Positions 9,961-19,988 of a DNA stretch of 64,000 nucleotides are shown in pieces. A model generated the notes under the pieces. It was given only the letters and a program-made list of their open reading frames with translations. It was not told where the DNA came from and did not search any database. A program made the translations under genes and the position numbers. This stretch comes from Nitrospinota bacterium (GTDB taxonomy: Bacteria; UBA8248), in the NCBI GenBank assembly GCA_030754595.1, contig JASLZZ010000039.1, positions 14,795 to 78,794 of the forward strand. Reading direction: 5' to 3'. The first letter of the stretch is position 1, and each line of letters opens with the position of its first letter.

Positions 9961-12900
9961 CAGTCCATCACCTCCAGCCCGGCTTCGTTTTCGAGGTAAA
10001 TTTCCTTGAGCCGATCCACGGTCTCCTCCGGCGGCGACTCCCAGTAGCCTCGCTCTTGCGCCTCTAAGAGGCGCTCGACCATGCCGCGTAGCGCCCAGGG
10101 GTTCTTCTCCTTGAGAAATTCCCGGACCCGGTCGTCGAGAATATAGGTTTCAGTGACCTTCTCATACATATAGGAATCGATCACATGGGCGGTGACATCG
10201 TAGCCGAACAGATAATCCACGGTGGCGGCCAGCTCGAAGGCACCCCGGTAACCGTGCCGCTGGATGGATTCGATCCACTTCGGGTTCACCACCCGGGAGC
10301 GGAAGACGCGGACGACCTCCTCCCTCAGATCGCGGGTCTTCACCCGTTCGGGCTTCGAGGTGTCGCCGAAGTAGGCCTTGGGATTCTGGCCGGTCATCGC
10401 CCGGACAGAGGCGATCATCCCCCCGTGGAACTGAAAGTAATCGTCGCTGTCGAAAATATCGTGCTCCCGGTTGTCCTGGTTCTGAACGGCCACGTTCACC
10501 CCCGAGAGGCGCTGGCGGAACGCCTGAAACGCCGGGACGCCGGGAGCGCCGCGGCCGTAAGCGTAGCCCCCCCAGGCGACATAAACGTCGGCGAGGTCCT
10601 TGTCCGTCGTCCAGTTGCGTTCGTCTAACAGGTTGAGGAGGCCAGCGCCGTAGCTGCCCGGTTTGGAGCCGAAGACTCTATAGGCAGCTCTCTCGGGGTC
10701 GCTGCCGCGCCCGATTTCGGCGGCGATGTTCTCCCGGACGAAATTCATCCCCTCCGGCTCATCGAGCCCCGCGACCGCCCGCACGGCTTCGTCGATCATC
10801 TCGACGACGTTCGGGAAAGCGTCCCGGAAAAAACCGCTGATGCGCACTAACACGTCGATTCTCGGCCGTCCGAGCTCTTCTAGAGGGATAACCTCGATGC
10901 CGGTGATGCGGCGGTTGATTCCCTGCCGGACCGGCCGTACCCCGAGAAGATGAAGGATTTCCCCGATATCGTCCCCGCCGGTGCGCATGTTCGAGGTTCC
11001 CCAAACGACCATGCCGATCGAGCGAGGGTAGTCTCTCGTTTCGTCAAGATAGCGCTGCAACACCCCCTCGGCGGCGTGGCGGCCGACCTCGCAGGCCGTC
11101 TGAGTCGGGATTGCCCGAGTATCCACGGAGAAAAAATTTCGACCGGTGGGCAGGATGTTCGCCATACCTCTTGTGGGCGCGCCGCTCGGCCCGGCGGGCA
11201 CGAAGCGGCCATCGAGAGCGACGAGGATGTTCGAAATTTCATCGGGGACCCGTTCGAGGCGCGGGAGTACATCGCCCTTCAGGAAGTTCAGCGTCTCCCG
11301 CGATTTCGGTCCCGGAGCGTGGTTGGTTTTCACCGCGCCTCTGGCCTGAAGCTCGAGATATCCGATGAGGTCTCCCGCCGTTCGGCAGAGGGGGTGATCG
11401 ACGCTCCTCGCCGGGTCGGCGATTAGCGCTTCGTAATCGAGCCCGAGGTCGTCCGCTATCGCCGCCGGAAGGCCACGGACACCGGATTGATCGATCCGAA
11501 CGAGGGAGACGAGAAGGTCGGTGAGGCTGTCCTCCTCGGGAAGGGCCCCGAGGATATGAAGCCCGTCCCGAATCTGGGATTCCTTGATTTCGCACAGGTA
11601 GCCGTCGAAATCCTCGATGAAGCCCTCGACCTCATCCTCCGCGGGTGGCCGCTCGTAGGCGAGGTCGCGGTATATCTGGCTTTCCTCGAGAAGTTGGATG
11701 ATTTTCTCGGAGATCAGAGGGCATTTCGACGGGTCGAGGGTGAGGGCGTCGGCGTACTCGTCCGCCAGATGCTCGAGCTTGATCAGGTCGCCGTAGGACT
11801 CCGCGCGGGTCATTGCCGGAATCATGTGATCGACGATGACGGCGTGTGCGCGGCGCTTGGCCTGGGTGCCCTCGCCCGGATTGTTGATGATGTAGGGATA
11901 GATATTGGGGATCGACCCCAGCGCGATTTCGGGAAAACAGCTCTCGCTCAGCCCGATTCCCTTTCCGGGGAGCCATTCGAGGTTGCCGTGCTTGCCTACG
12001 TGGATGACGGCGTGTGCTCCGAAGGTTTCGGTAATCCACTGGTAGTAGCCCAGGTAAAAATGGGTGGGGGGAAGATCGGGGCTGTGATAGATGGCGCTGG
12101 TATCCACCCCGAAGCCCCGCGAGGGCTGGATGCCGACGAATGCGTTGCCGAGCCGGAGGCCCGGAATCGCCATGCCGCCTTCGGCCATCATATAGTTCCC
12201 CGGCGGCACGCCCCACTGGCCGGACATTTCTTCCCGTCGGACGGCGGGCATCCGATCGAACCGCTCGGCATAGGCTGCCGGGGGTAGTTTGTCCGGCGTC
12301 GCGCCGAGGTTTTCGGGGGTCTGGAACTCCTCGTCCTGGGTGCACCCCGCGAGAAGGGCCTGGATAAGCTCATCGCCGTTTTCGGGAATGGCCCCCAGGT
12401 CGTAACCCGCTCCCTTGAGCGCCCGGAGGAGCCGGACCACGCTCTCGGGGGTGTCGAGCCCGACCCCGTTACCAACGCGGGCGTTCCGGGTGGGGTAATT
12501 GTTGAAAAGAACGGCGATGCGTTTTTCGCTGTTTCCCGTCCCGCGAAGGGTGCACCAGGATTTGGCGAGCCGGGCCACCTGGGTCACGCGGTCGGGAAGC
12601 GAGACGTTTCGCCGGAGCTCGGCGCCGATGGTTTGATCCCGGTTGCCCTCTTCCTTGAAGGAAATCGGAACCGAGATGATCCGGCCGTCGAACTCCGGGA
12701 GGGCGACGTGCATCGCCACGTCGCGCGGGCTGAGCCCCGCGTCCGAACCGCTCCATTCCGTCAGCGTAGAGCCGCTCATCACGGCCTGAATTACCGGGCA
12801 GGCGAGCCCGTGGGGGGAGCTGAAGGCGAGGGTCGAGATCAGGACGACGGCGTCCATCAAGAAGTCGCGTACGGCGAGCGGGGTTCCCCTCTCGTCCGCC

Positions 12901-13571
12901 TCTTTAAGCGACTCGCAAAACACCGGGCGGCAGCGGCAGCCCAGCCCCTGAATCTCCCCCGCCAGGGCGTCAATCGCCTGTAAATTTCCCGAAAGCCAGT
13001 GCGCCCGGTAAAAGAGAAGGCCTACGACCGGCGCCCCCTGGGGAGGGTGGGGAAGCCCCGGCGGCTCGTAGACGCCGCGCTCGGGGGTGGGTTCTGCGGA
13101 GTCATGCCCAAACCCCGTCAACAGAAACCGGTCTGAGAGGTAGCGAAGGAGTTGCTCGTAGTTGGGCACCCCCCCGTGAACGAAATATTCGAGCGCGGTG
13201 GTGAGGGTGGAGAGCGGAACCGATGCGAGGGCCGTCAACTCGGGGTCTACCTCGCGCCCCCCGGCCAAGGCGAGAAACGCCGTTCCGTTTTCCCGGCAGG
13301 CGCGGGATAGCTTCTCGAATCCTTCGGGAAAGTAGGCCCGCCCGCCGAGAATCCGGGCCACGACGGCTTTCGCTCCGGGGACAACCTCGGCAGTGAATCG
13401 CTCGAGGGCCTCGTGCTCCGAAAGTTCGCGGAGATGGACTGCCCGGACGGAGGTGAAGCCCTTGGGCATCCGGGCCCGGGCGAGCGCGATGCCCAGGATT
13501 TCAGTGTCCGCGGCGGTGATGAATACGATGTCGCCTTGGGCCGATTTCATATCCGATTTAACTCCCTTCAT
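9960..13571 (-). CDS. cobN: cobaltochelatase subunit CobN
   Basis: 1203 aa; PEFDGRI, GLDTP, HVGKHGNLEWLPGK, NPGEGTQAKRR, LPTGRNF, GRPRIDV, NQDNREHD, RSRVVNPKW. Confidence 0.96.
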   Translation of the reverse strand: MKGVKSDMKSAQGDIVFITAADTEILGIALARARMPKGFTSVRAVHLRELSEHEALERFTAEVVPGAKAVVARILGGRAYFPEGFEKLSRACRENGTAFLALAGGREVDPELTALASVPLSTLTTALEYFVHGGVPNYEQLLRYLSDRFLLTGFGHDSAEPTPERGVYEPPGLPHPPQGAPVVGLLFYRAHWLSGNLQAIDALAGEIQGLGCRCRPVFCESLKEADERGTPLAVRDFLMDAVVLISTLAFSSPHGLACPVIQAVMSGSTLTEWSGSDAGLSPRDVAMHVALPEFDGRIISVPISFKEEGNRDQTIGAELRRNVSLPDRVTQVARLAKSWCTLRGTGNSEKRIAVLFNNYPTRNARVGNGVGLDTPESVVRLLRALKGAGYDLGAIPENGDELIQALLAGCTQDEEFQTPENLGATPDKLPPAAYAERFDRMPAVRREEMSGQWGVPPGNYMMAEGGMAIPGLRLGNAFVGIQPSRGFGVDTSAIYHSPDLPPTHFYLGYYQWITETFGAHAVIHVGKHGNLEWLPGKGIGLSESCFPEIALGSIPNIYPYIINNPGEGTQAKRRAHAVIVDHMIPAMTRAESYGDLIKLEHLADEYADALTLDPSKCPLISEKIIQLLEESQIYRDLAYERPPAEDEVEGFIEDFDGYLCEIKESQIRDGLHILGALPEEDSLTDLLVSLVRIDQSGVRGLPAAIADDLGLDYEALIADPARSVDHPLCRTAGDLIGYLELQARGAVKTNHAPGPKSRETLNFLKGDVLPRLERVPDEISNILVALDGRFVPAGPSGAPTRGMANILPTGRNFFSVDTRAIPTQTACEVGRHAAEGVLQRYLDETRDYPRSIGMVVWGTSNMRTGGDDIGEILHLLGVRPVRQGINRRITGIEVIPLEELGRPRIDVLVRISGFFRDAFPNVVEMIDEAVRAVAGLDEPEGMNFVRENIAAEIGRGSDPERAAYRVFGSKPGSYGAGLLNLLDERNWTTDKDLADVYVAWGGYAYGRGAPGVPAFQAFRQRLSGVNVAVQNQDNREHDIFDSDDYFQFHGGMIASVRAMTGQNPKAYFGDTSKPERVKTRDLREEVVRVFRSRVVNPKWIESIQRHGYRGAFELAATVDYLFGYDVTAHVIDSYMYEKVTETYILDDRVREFLKEKNPWALRGMVERLLEAQERGYWESPPEETVDRLKEIYLENEAGLEVMD

Positions 13572-13581
13572 CCTTGAAAAA

Positions 13582-14538
13582 TCAGGAAATGAGCAACAGG
13601 AACGCTCTCATCCCCGAGAAAAATACGAATCCGAGGGCGGTTGAGGCGTACAACCACAAGACGGCGCGGCGGATGTCGCCGGGCTCGGGTTCGCGGAGCA
13701 TGTCGCCTAGGTGCGGGCGCGCTTCTGGAACCCCCCGGTAGAGATTGGTGCCCCCTACCTGAATCCCCAGGGCGCCGGCCAGGGCGGCCTCGCTGATCGC
13801 GGCGTTGGGGCTCGGGCTCTTCCCGCCGTCCCGCACCGAGATGCGCCAGCATTCCGCGGGGCTCAGGCCACAAACGAAGGCCGCCGCCGGGTAGAGAAGG
13901 CGGGCCAGCCGGGCCGGGACGAAATTCAGTGCATCGTCGAGCCGGGCCGCCGCCCATCCGAATTTCAGGTACTCCTCCGAACGGTGACCGAGCATCGAGT
14001 CCAGCGTGTTCGCCGCCTTGTAGGCCATCGCCAGCGGGGGGCCGCCGAGCGCCGCGAAAAACAAGGGGGACAAAACGCCGTCCACCGTCCCCTCGGCGAC
14101 CGATTCCACTGTGGCCCTCACCATCTCTTTTTCGCCGAGGTGCGCGGTGTCCCGCCCGACGATCAGGGCGAGGCGCCGCCGGGCGTCCTGGATATTTTTC
14201 TCCTTCAGGGCGCGAAAGACTTTTGATCCATGCCGGTCGAGGTCCCGCGCGGCGAGTGAGGCGTAAAGAAAATAAACGCTCAACCCCGCCGCCAAGCGGC
14301 CGTCGATTTGTCCGGCGGTGAATAACATCGCCCATGCCGCGAGATACGCTCCGCCGACCACCAACGCCGTCAGGCAGGCCCCCGGCAGGCGGCCCCGGCC
14401 GAACCGCCGGGTGAGGGCGCCCTCGAGTGCGACGGCCGCTTTTCCGATGAGGCGGACGGGGTGGGGCATCCACCTCGGGTCGCCCGCGACGAGGTCGATC
14501 GCCAGGGCAATGGCGATCCAGAAAATTAGCTCGTCCAT
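13582..14538 (-). CDS. cbiB: adenosylcobinamide-phosphate synthase CbiB
   Basis: GDPRWMPHPV, IVGRDT, ESVAE, YKAANTLDSMLG, ARLDDALNFVPAR, SPNA; hydrophobic segments. Confidence 0.94.
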   Translation of the reverse strand: MDELIFWIAIALAIDLVAGDPRWMPHPVRLIGKAAVALEGALTRRFGRGRLPGACLTALVVGGAYLAAWAMLFTAGQIDGRLAAGLSVYFLYASLAARDLDRHGSKVFRALKEKNIQDARRRLALIVGRDTAHLGEKEMVRATVESVAEGTVDGVLSPLFFAALGGPPLAMAYKAANTLDSMLGHRSEEYLKFGWAAARLDDALNFVPARLARLLYPAAAFVCGLSPAECWRISVRDGGKSPSPNAAISEAALAGALGIQVGGTNLYRGVPEARPHLGDMLREPEPGDIRRAVLWLYASTALGFVFFSGMRAFLLLIS

Positions 14539-16022
14539 TTCCTGCTCATGACGGTTTCGAGGATGGCATCGACGTCCAGCGCCGCCCGGGCCCGGTCTGC
14601 CAGCCGGTCGAGATCCGACTCGAGGTCGATGCTGGCCGCCGCCGCGACGGGTTTCATTCCTTTTTCGGCCCGCAGGCGGTTGATGAAGTGTCTGCGGAAG
14701 GCGGGGCTGTCAAAAACGCCGTGGATATAAGTTCCCCAGACGCGGCCTCCCGTAGCCGAGGCGCCGTCCATGTCCCGCGTCTTGCTTCCAAGGCGTTCTG
14801 TGAGCTGAAATGCGGGCCGCTCCCCCCCCCGTGTCTCGCCCATGTGAATTTCATATCCATCGACCTCGGCCCCGCTCTCGATGTGAATCGCGCGGACCCG
14901 GGCGGTTCGTTTCCTCTCGTTGAAAACGGTTTCGGTGGGCAGAAGTCCGAGGCCCTCCTCCTCGGCGGCGTCCGATTCTATGCGGGAGGGGTCGCTGATG
15001 CGCCGGCCCATCATCTGATAGCCGCCGCAAATTCCGGCGATGGTCGCCCCGCGCTCCCGGCAGTGTGATACGAAGGCGGCGAATCCGGTCTCCTTGAGCC
15101 GCCGCAGGTCGGGGATCGTGCTCTTCGTCCCCGGAATAAGAATAGCGTCGGGAATCTCCACTGCGGGGCTATCCAGGTAGCGAAGGGAGACGTCCGGCTC
15201 GGCCTCGAGGGCGTCGAAGTCGGTGAAGTTGGCGATGCGCGGGTGGCGGATCACGTCGATCCGCACGCGGTCGTTGCCCGCCGCACCGATTTGATTCCGC
15301 TCGGGAATGCGATCTTCCTCGGGAAGGCGGATGTCCCCGAAATAGGGGACCACGCCGAAGACGCGACGCTTGGTTTCTTTTTCAAGGTAATCGAGACCGG
15401 GCCGGAGGATGTCCATGTCCCCCCGGAACTTGTTGATCACGAACCCGAGCACGCGGGCGCGCTCCTCCTCGAGGAGGAGGTGCATCGTGCCGATGAGCTG
15501 GGCGAACACCCCGCCGAAATCGATGTCGCCGACGAGGATGACCGGCGCGCCGGCCAGGGCGGCCACGCTCATGTTGGCGATATCGTTCTTGTGCAGGTTA
15601 ATCTCCGCCGGGCTGCCCGCTCCCTCGATGACGACGAGTTCGTGTCTCTCCCGGAGGCTGTCCAGGCACTCGAGGAGGGCCGGGCGGAGTGTGGGCTTGA
15701 AGCGCTCGTACTCTTTCGCCTTCATGACCCCGGCCGGGCGGCCCCGGACGATGACCTGCGCACCCTCGTCTGTGCAGGGCTTAAGGAGGACGGGGTTCAT
15801 CTCCACCGATGGCTCAAGGCCGCAGGCCGCGGCCTGGAGCGCCTGGGAGCGCGCGATCTCGCCGCCCGAGGCGCAGACGAAGGCGTTGTTCGACATGTTC
15901 TGGGATTTGAACGGGGCGACGTCGATGCCTTCTTGCCGGAAAATTCGGCAAAGCGCCGCGGCGATGACGCTCTTGCCGACGTGGGAGCCGGTCCCTTGGA
16001 TCATCAACGATTGACCGGGCAT
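14526..16022 (-). CDS. cobQ: cobyric acid synthase (CobQ/CbiP)
   Basis: QGTGSHVGKS, APFKSQNMS, EGAGSPAEINL, INKFRGD, PGTK, GICGGYQM, GYEIH, GTYIHG. Confidence 0.96.
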   Translation of the reverse strand: MPGQSLMIQGTGSHVGKSVIAAALCRIFRQEGIDVAPFKSQNMSNNAFVCASGGEIARSQALQAAACGLEPSVEMNPVLLKPCTDEGAQVIVRGRPAGVMKAKEYERFKPTLRPALLECLDSLRERHELVVIEGAGSPAEINLHKNDIANMSVAALAGAPVILVGDIDFGGVFAQLIGTMHLLLEEERARVLGFVINKFRGDMDILRPGLDYLEKETKRRVFGVVPYFGDIRLPEEDRIPERNQIGAAGNDRVRIDVIRHPRIANFTDFDALEAEPDVSLRYLDSPAVEIPDAILIPGTKSTIPDLRRLKETGFAAFVSHCRERGATIAGICGGYQMMGRRISDPSRIESDAAEEEGLGLLPTETVFNERKRTARVRAIHIESGAEVDGYEIHMGETRGGERPAFQLTERLGSKTRDMDGASATGGRVWGTYIHGVFDSPAFRRHFINRLRAEKGMKPVAAAASIDLESDLDRLADRARAALDVDAILETVMSRKWTS

Positions 16023-16981
16023 GTCCGCGCAATCTCCTTGAGTGCGTCCAGCAGGCGCTTATTGTCGGGGCCGGTCCGGACGGCGAAGCGAACGAAGCGG
16101 TTTTTTTCGATGTCGGTGAACGAGTCGCAGTTCCGGGCTGCTATGCTAAATTCAAGAAGCTCCCGGCAAAGAAGGTCGGCGTCGGGAACGCGGCAGAGAA
16201 TGAAATTCGCCGCCGAGGGAAGCGGTTCGAGCCCCAGCGTCTCGAGGCTGGCTGCCAGTTCGGCGCGCAGCCGGGGGACGAGCGTGCGGGTTCGCCCGGC
16301 GTATTCGCGGTCGGCGAGCGCGGCGACTCCGGCGGCGAGGGCCAGGGCGTTGACGCTCCAGGGAGGCTGAAGCCGCCTGAGGCGGTCGATGGTTTCGGGA
16401 GGCGCAATCAGGTACCCGAGCCGCAGTCCGGGGATGGCATAGAACTTGGTGAGCGAGCGAATCACGATGAGCCGGGGGTCCCTCGCCGCACTGGGGGCGA
16501 GGGAGTGCTCCTCGCCCGCGAAATTCATGAACGACTCGTCGGCCACAATCGCGCCTGGCGTCTCGATAATCTTGTCCGGCGGAATCAGCCTTCCCTCGGG
16601 GCTCGTCGGGTTCGCGAGGAAAGTGACGTCGGCCTCGCCCCGGGTCACAGGGATGTCCGCCGCCTCGAGGGCGTCTTCGTACTCCGTGAAGGCGGGAACG
16701 ATCACCCGCGCCCGAGAGCCCGTGAAGAGGCGGGTGACGAGATAGATCAAATCGGCCGCGCCGTTTCCCGCGAGGACGCACTCGGGCGGGACGCCGTGAT
16801 ATTCGGCGGCGGCGGCGCAAAATTCGTGGGCGTCCGGGCTGGGGTAGGCGGCGATCAACTCCGCGCCTTGGCTAAGAACTAGCCGCACCGACGCAGGCGG
16901 CCCCAGCGGGTTGACGTTCGAGCTGAAGTCGAGCAGGGATCGGTCGGAAGCGCCCCCATGTTTTCGTTTCAACGGCCGCAC
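16004..16981 (-). CDS. cobD: L-threonine-O-3-phosphate decarboxylase (PLP-dependent); TTG at 16972 may be the true start
   Basis: HGG, DFSSNVNPLG, GNGA, NPTSPEG, DESF, RSLTKFYAIPGLRLG; SD-like GAGGTG 6 nt before TTG 16972. Confidence 0.88.
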   Translation of the reverse strand: MRPLKRKHGGASDRSLLDFSSNVNPLGPPASVRLVLSQGAELIAAYPSPDAHEFCAAAAEYHGVPPECVLAGNGAADLIYLVTRLFTGSRARVIVPAFTEYEDALEAADIPVTRGEADVTFLANPTSPEGRLIPPDKIIETPGAIVADESFMNFAGEEHSLAPSAARDPRLIVIRSLTKFYAIPGLRLGYLIAPPETIDRLRRLQPPWSVNALALAAGVAALADREYAGRTRTLVPRLRAELAASLETLGLEPLPSAANFILCRVPDADLLCRELLEFSIAARNCDSFTDIEKNRFVRFAVRTGPDNKRLLDALKEIARTCPVNR

Positions 16982-17211
16982 CTCGGATAGGTCGTGGCGC
17001 CCGCTTCGAGCACGGGCAAAAATTCCGGCTTCGGCCTCGCTCCGAAGAGGCTCCCGGGATGCGGGAGCGGCGACGGTTTAAGGCAGAGCCTTCAGCGGTG
17101 GAAGGTTTTCGTCCGTGGGGGGAGGTGCGGCGGGATGGCTCTCGGAATGCGAATACGAAAGAGGCAGGCCCACGACCAGTGCTCCCAATCCACGAGGAGA
17201 AACCGATTCCA

Positions 17212-17370
17212 ATCCTGCGGGCCGGTATCCTGGCTGACGGCCTTTATCGCGCTCGCCTTCCCAATGCTTCGCACCGGTGGCATCGTAAGCGCGCATGACC
17301 GATTACAGTGGCGGGACCGCGCCGGATTCGCACCGGCTTCCCGTAAGCCCCCTCGGGGCACCCAGCAGAA
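17212..17370 (-). promoter_or_regulatory. cobalamin riboswitch (class I, AdoCbl-type with P8-P12 extension)
   Basis: Minus strand reads GGTGCC...GGGAAGCCGGTGCGAATCCGGCGCGGTCCCGCCACTGTAA...GCCACCGG...GGGAAGGC...CAGCCAGGATACCGGCC (conserved core and B12 box), upstream of the cob operon. Confidence 0.95.
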
Positions 17371-17378
17371 CTCCAGAC

Positions 17379-17407
17379 AGCTAACACCTTCCGTTCCGGG
17401 GTGTCAA
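17379..17407 (-). promoter_or_regulatory. putative sigma70 promoter for the riboswitch-led cob operon
   Basis: TTGACA (17407-17402), 17-nt spacer, weak -10 TTAGCT ending about 9 nt before the riboswitch. Confidence 0.45.
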
Positions 17408-17465
17408 GCTTTTTGCTTTCCGAGTGGCCGATGCTTTTATGCTTGGTCACACTCAAGTGATTGAT

Positions 17466-17996
17466 ATGAGCGAGGTTGTCCTGATCACCGGCGGCGCGCG
17501 AAGCGGCAAGAGCCGCCACGCGCTGGAAATGGCCGGCCGCCGCGAGCGGGGAAGGGTCTATATCGCCACCGCGGAGCCTTTTGACGATGACATGCGCTCC
17601 CGGATTCGGGAACACCGGCTCGAGCGGGGGGGTTCGTTCGAGACCGTCGAGGCGCCGCTAGATCTCACTGGCGCACTGGGTTCGATCCCCGGCAATACGG
17701 AGGTGGCTGTGGTGGACTGCCTTACCGTTTGGCTGGGGAACCTGGTGCATCATCGCGGCGAGGACGAAGATTCATTCCCGGAGGTGAACGCTTTTCTCAA
17801 GACCCTTGATCGGCCTCCCTGCGATCTTGTATTAGTGACGAACGAGGTGGGCATGGGCATGATTCCAGAGAGTAGATTAGCCCGCCGGTTCCGCGACTCT
17901 CTAGGCCGCCTGAATCAGGAGGTGGCCCGTCGGGCGGACCGGGTGGTGCTCATGGCGAGCGGGCTTCCAATCGCAATAAAGGGAGAGGAGCGATGA
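17466..17996 (+). CDS. cobU: adenosylcobinamide kinase / adenosylcobinamide-phosphate guanylyltransferase (CobU/CobP)
   Basis: LITGGARSGKS, YIATA, VDCLTVWLGN, VTNEVGMG, RFRD, GRLNQ. Confidence 0.95.
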   Translation: MSEVVLITGGARSGKSRHALEMAGRRERGRVYIATAEPFDDDMRSRIREHRLERGGSFETVEAPLDLTGALGSIPGNTEVAVVDCLTVWLGNLVHHRGEDEDSFPEVNAFLKTLDRPPCDLVLVTNEVGMGMIPESRLARRFRDSLGRLNQEVARRADRVVLMASGLPIAIKGEER

Positions 17997-19051
17997 GCCG
18001 CCTTTCGGATGTTCTCCGTGGAATTCCGTCGGTCAATCGCGCCCTCGAGGAAAAGGCCAGCGATCACCTGGACCGGCTGACTAAGCCGCCGGGCAGCCTG
18101 GGTCGCCTTGAGGACATAGCGGTGCAGTATTGCTGCATCACGGGAGCGGTGAGTCCCTTGCTGGGCAAGAAGGCGATATTCACTTTCGCGGGGGATCACG
18201 GGGTGGCCGAGGAAGGGGTTTCCGCCTACCCCAAGGAAGTGACCCTCCAGATGGTCCGCAACATGTTGGCCGGAGGGGCGGCGGTAAGCGTTCTCGCCGC
18301 ACACGCCGGGGCCGAGGTCCGTGTGGTGGATATCGGGGTCGACGATCCGCTGGAGGGAGCCGTGGGCCTTGTCCGGAGAAAGGTCCGATCCGGCACCGGC
18401 AACATCGCGAAAGAGCCGGCGATGACGGCCGGGGAGGCGCGGCAGGCACTCGAGGCCGGAATCGATCTGGCTCGCGGTGCGGCGGCCGACGGGGTGAAGT
18501 TGATCGGGACGGGCGAGATGGGTATCGCCAACACGACGCCCTCCGCCGCGCTCTTTGCCGCCCTGCTTCCCTGCTCTCCCGGCGAGATTGCCGGGCGGGG
18601 AACCGGTATCGATGACGAAGCCCTCACGAAAAAGGTGGCGGTCATCGAGCGGGCGCTTTCGCTTCATTCGGATAACCTCTCCGACCCGGTGGAGGCGTTG
18701 GCCGCGATCGGGGGGCTGGAGATCGCGGGGATCGCCGGGCTGATCCTCGGGGCGGCTTTCTGCCGGGTGCCGGTGGTGGTGGACGGTTTCATCTCCTCGG
18801 CGGGAGCGCTGGTGGCCTGCCGGATGTGCGAGCGGGTGAAGAACTATCTCTTTTTCAGTCACTGCTCCGAGGAGAGGGGACACCGGGTGTTTTTCGAGCA
18901 GTTTGGGGCCGATCCGATCCTGGACCTGAGGCTGAGTCTTGGGGAGGGGACCGGCGCGGCGCTGGCGATGCCGATCATCGAGTCGGCGGTCAAAATCTAT
19001 AACGAAATGGCGACCTTCGATTCCGCCGGGGTGAGCGAGGGAGGGCCGTGA
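17993..19051 (+). CDS. cobT: nicotinate-nucleotide--dimethylbenzimidazole phosphoribosyltransferase
   Basis: LTKPPGSLGRLE, AGDHGV, GEMGIANTT, GGLEIAG, DGFI, LGEGTGA, MATF. Confidence 0.96.
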   Translation: MSRLSDVLRGIPSVNRALEEKASDHLDRLTKPPGSLGRLEDIAVQYCCITGAVSPLLGKKAIFTFAGDHGVAEEGVSAYPKEVTLQMVRNMLAGGAAVSVLAAHAGAEVRVVDIGVDDPLEGAVGLVRRKVRSGTGNIAKEPAMTAGEARQALEAGIDLARGAAADGVKLIGTGEMGIANTTPSAALFAALLPCSPGEIAGRGTGIDDEALTKKVAVIERALSLHSDNLSDPVEALAAIGGLEIAGIAGLILGAAFCRVPVVVDGFISSAGALVACRMCERVKNYLFFSHCSEERGHRVFFEQFGADPILDLRLSLGEGTGAALAMPIIESAVKIYNEMATFDSAGVSEGGP

Positions 19052-19830
19052 CCGGTGGGCTGATCGCCGCCATTCGCACCCTGACGATTTTACCGGCTCC
19101 GGGGAGGGAGGCCGGGCGGATGTCCTCGGCCCTGCCGTGGTTCCCCCTCGTGGGCGCTTTGCTGGGGGGCGCTATTTACGGACTTGCCGCCGGTGTGGAG
19201 GCGCTCTCGGGCGGCTGGCCGGGCGGGGCGGCAGCGGCCGCGCTGGCGGGTGGGGTGGTTCTCACCGGCGCTCTTCACCTGGACGGGCTTGCCGATTGGG
19301 CGGACGGCTTTGGCGGCGGGCGGGACCGGGAAAAAATTCTCGACATCATGAAGGACTCTTCGACAGGGGCGTTCGGGGCGGTCGCCCTGGTCTTGGTGTT
19401 GCTCATCAAGTGGGTTTCGATCTCCCGCCTCACCGCCTCGGGAAACCTGATCTGGCTCGCCGCCGCTTGCGTGATATCCCGGACGGCGATGGTGGAACTC
19501 GCGGTGTGGCTACCATACGCCCGGCTGGAGGGCGGAACAGGCTCGGAAATCGTTGAAGGCGCCCGGAGCGCTCACCGGGCGGGGGCGGTGTTCATCGCCC
19601 TGTCGGTGCTTCTTGTCCTCGGAGGGCCGGCGGGGGCGCTGTCCCTCGCGGGAGGATGGATCGCCTGCCGGGGATACGGCCTCTGGTGCAGAAGGCGCGT
19701 CGGGGGGATCACCGGAGATCTGCTCGGCGCGGGGGGCGAACTCATCGAGGCATTGATGCTGTCGGTCTTCGCCCTCGCGGGGCCGGAGTTGGTCCGGTAT
19801 GCGGTTTGGGGAAGGTGGCCTGGGTTTTAG
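19048..19830 (+). CDS. cobS: adenosylcobinamide-GDP ribazoletransferase (cobalamin synthase)
   Basis: FPLVG, TGALHLDGLADWADG, IMKDSSTGAFG, GGITGDLLGA; hydrophobic. Confidence 0.94.
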   Translation: MTGGLIAAIRTLTILPAPGREAGRMSSALPWFPLVGALLGGAIYGLAAGVEALSGGWPGGAAAAALAGGVVLTGALHLDGLADWADGFGGGRDREKILDIMKDSSTGAFGAVALVLVLLIKWVSISRLTASGNLIWLAAACVISRTAMVELAVWLPYARLEGGTGSEIVEGARSAHRAGAVFIALSVLLVLGGPAGALSLAGGWIACRGYGLWCRRRVGGITGDLLGAGGELIEALMLSVFALAGPELVRYAVWGRWPGF

Positions 19831-19988
19831 GAATCGTTTTTCGGCGATTCCCCGGGTCTCTGGATAAACTCCTTCTTCTCGGCCCGGCGGTATCGATGAT
19901 GTTCAGCCGTTCGTAGATACGCAGCAGGGCATCGGCGGCGGGATTTGCCGCCGGGGCGCTTTATTCAAGAAAACGGAGGGACCTGAAA

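Noticed and set aside
17993..19830. cobT/cobS as the CobST chelatase subunits for CobN
   Set aside because: Motifs identify the phosphoribosyltransferase and cobalamin synthase (Salmonella nomenclature); the likely CobN partner is the ChlI/D fusion.
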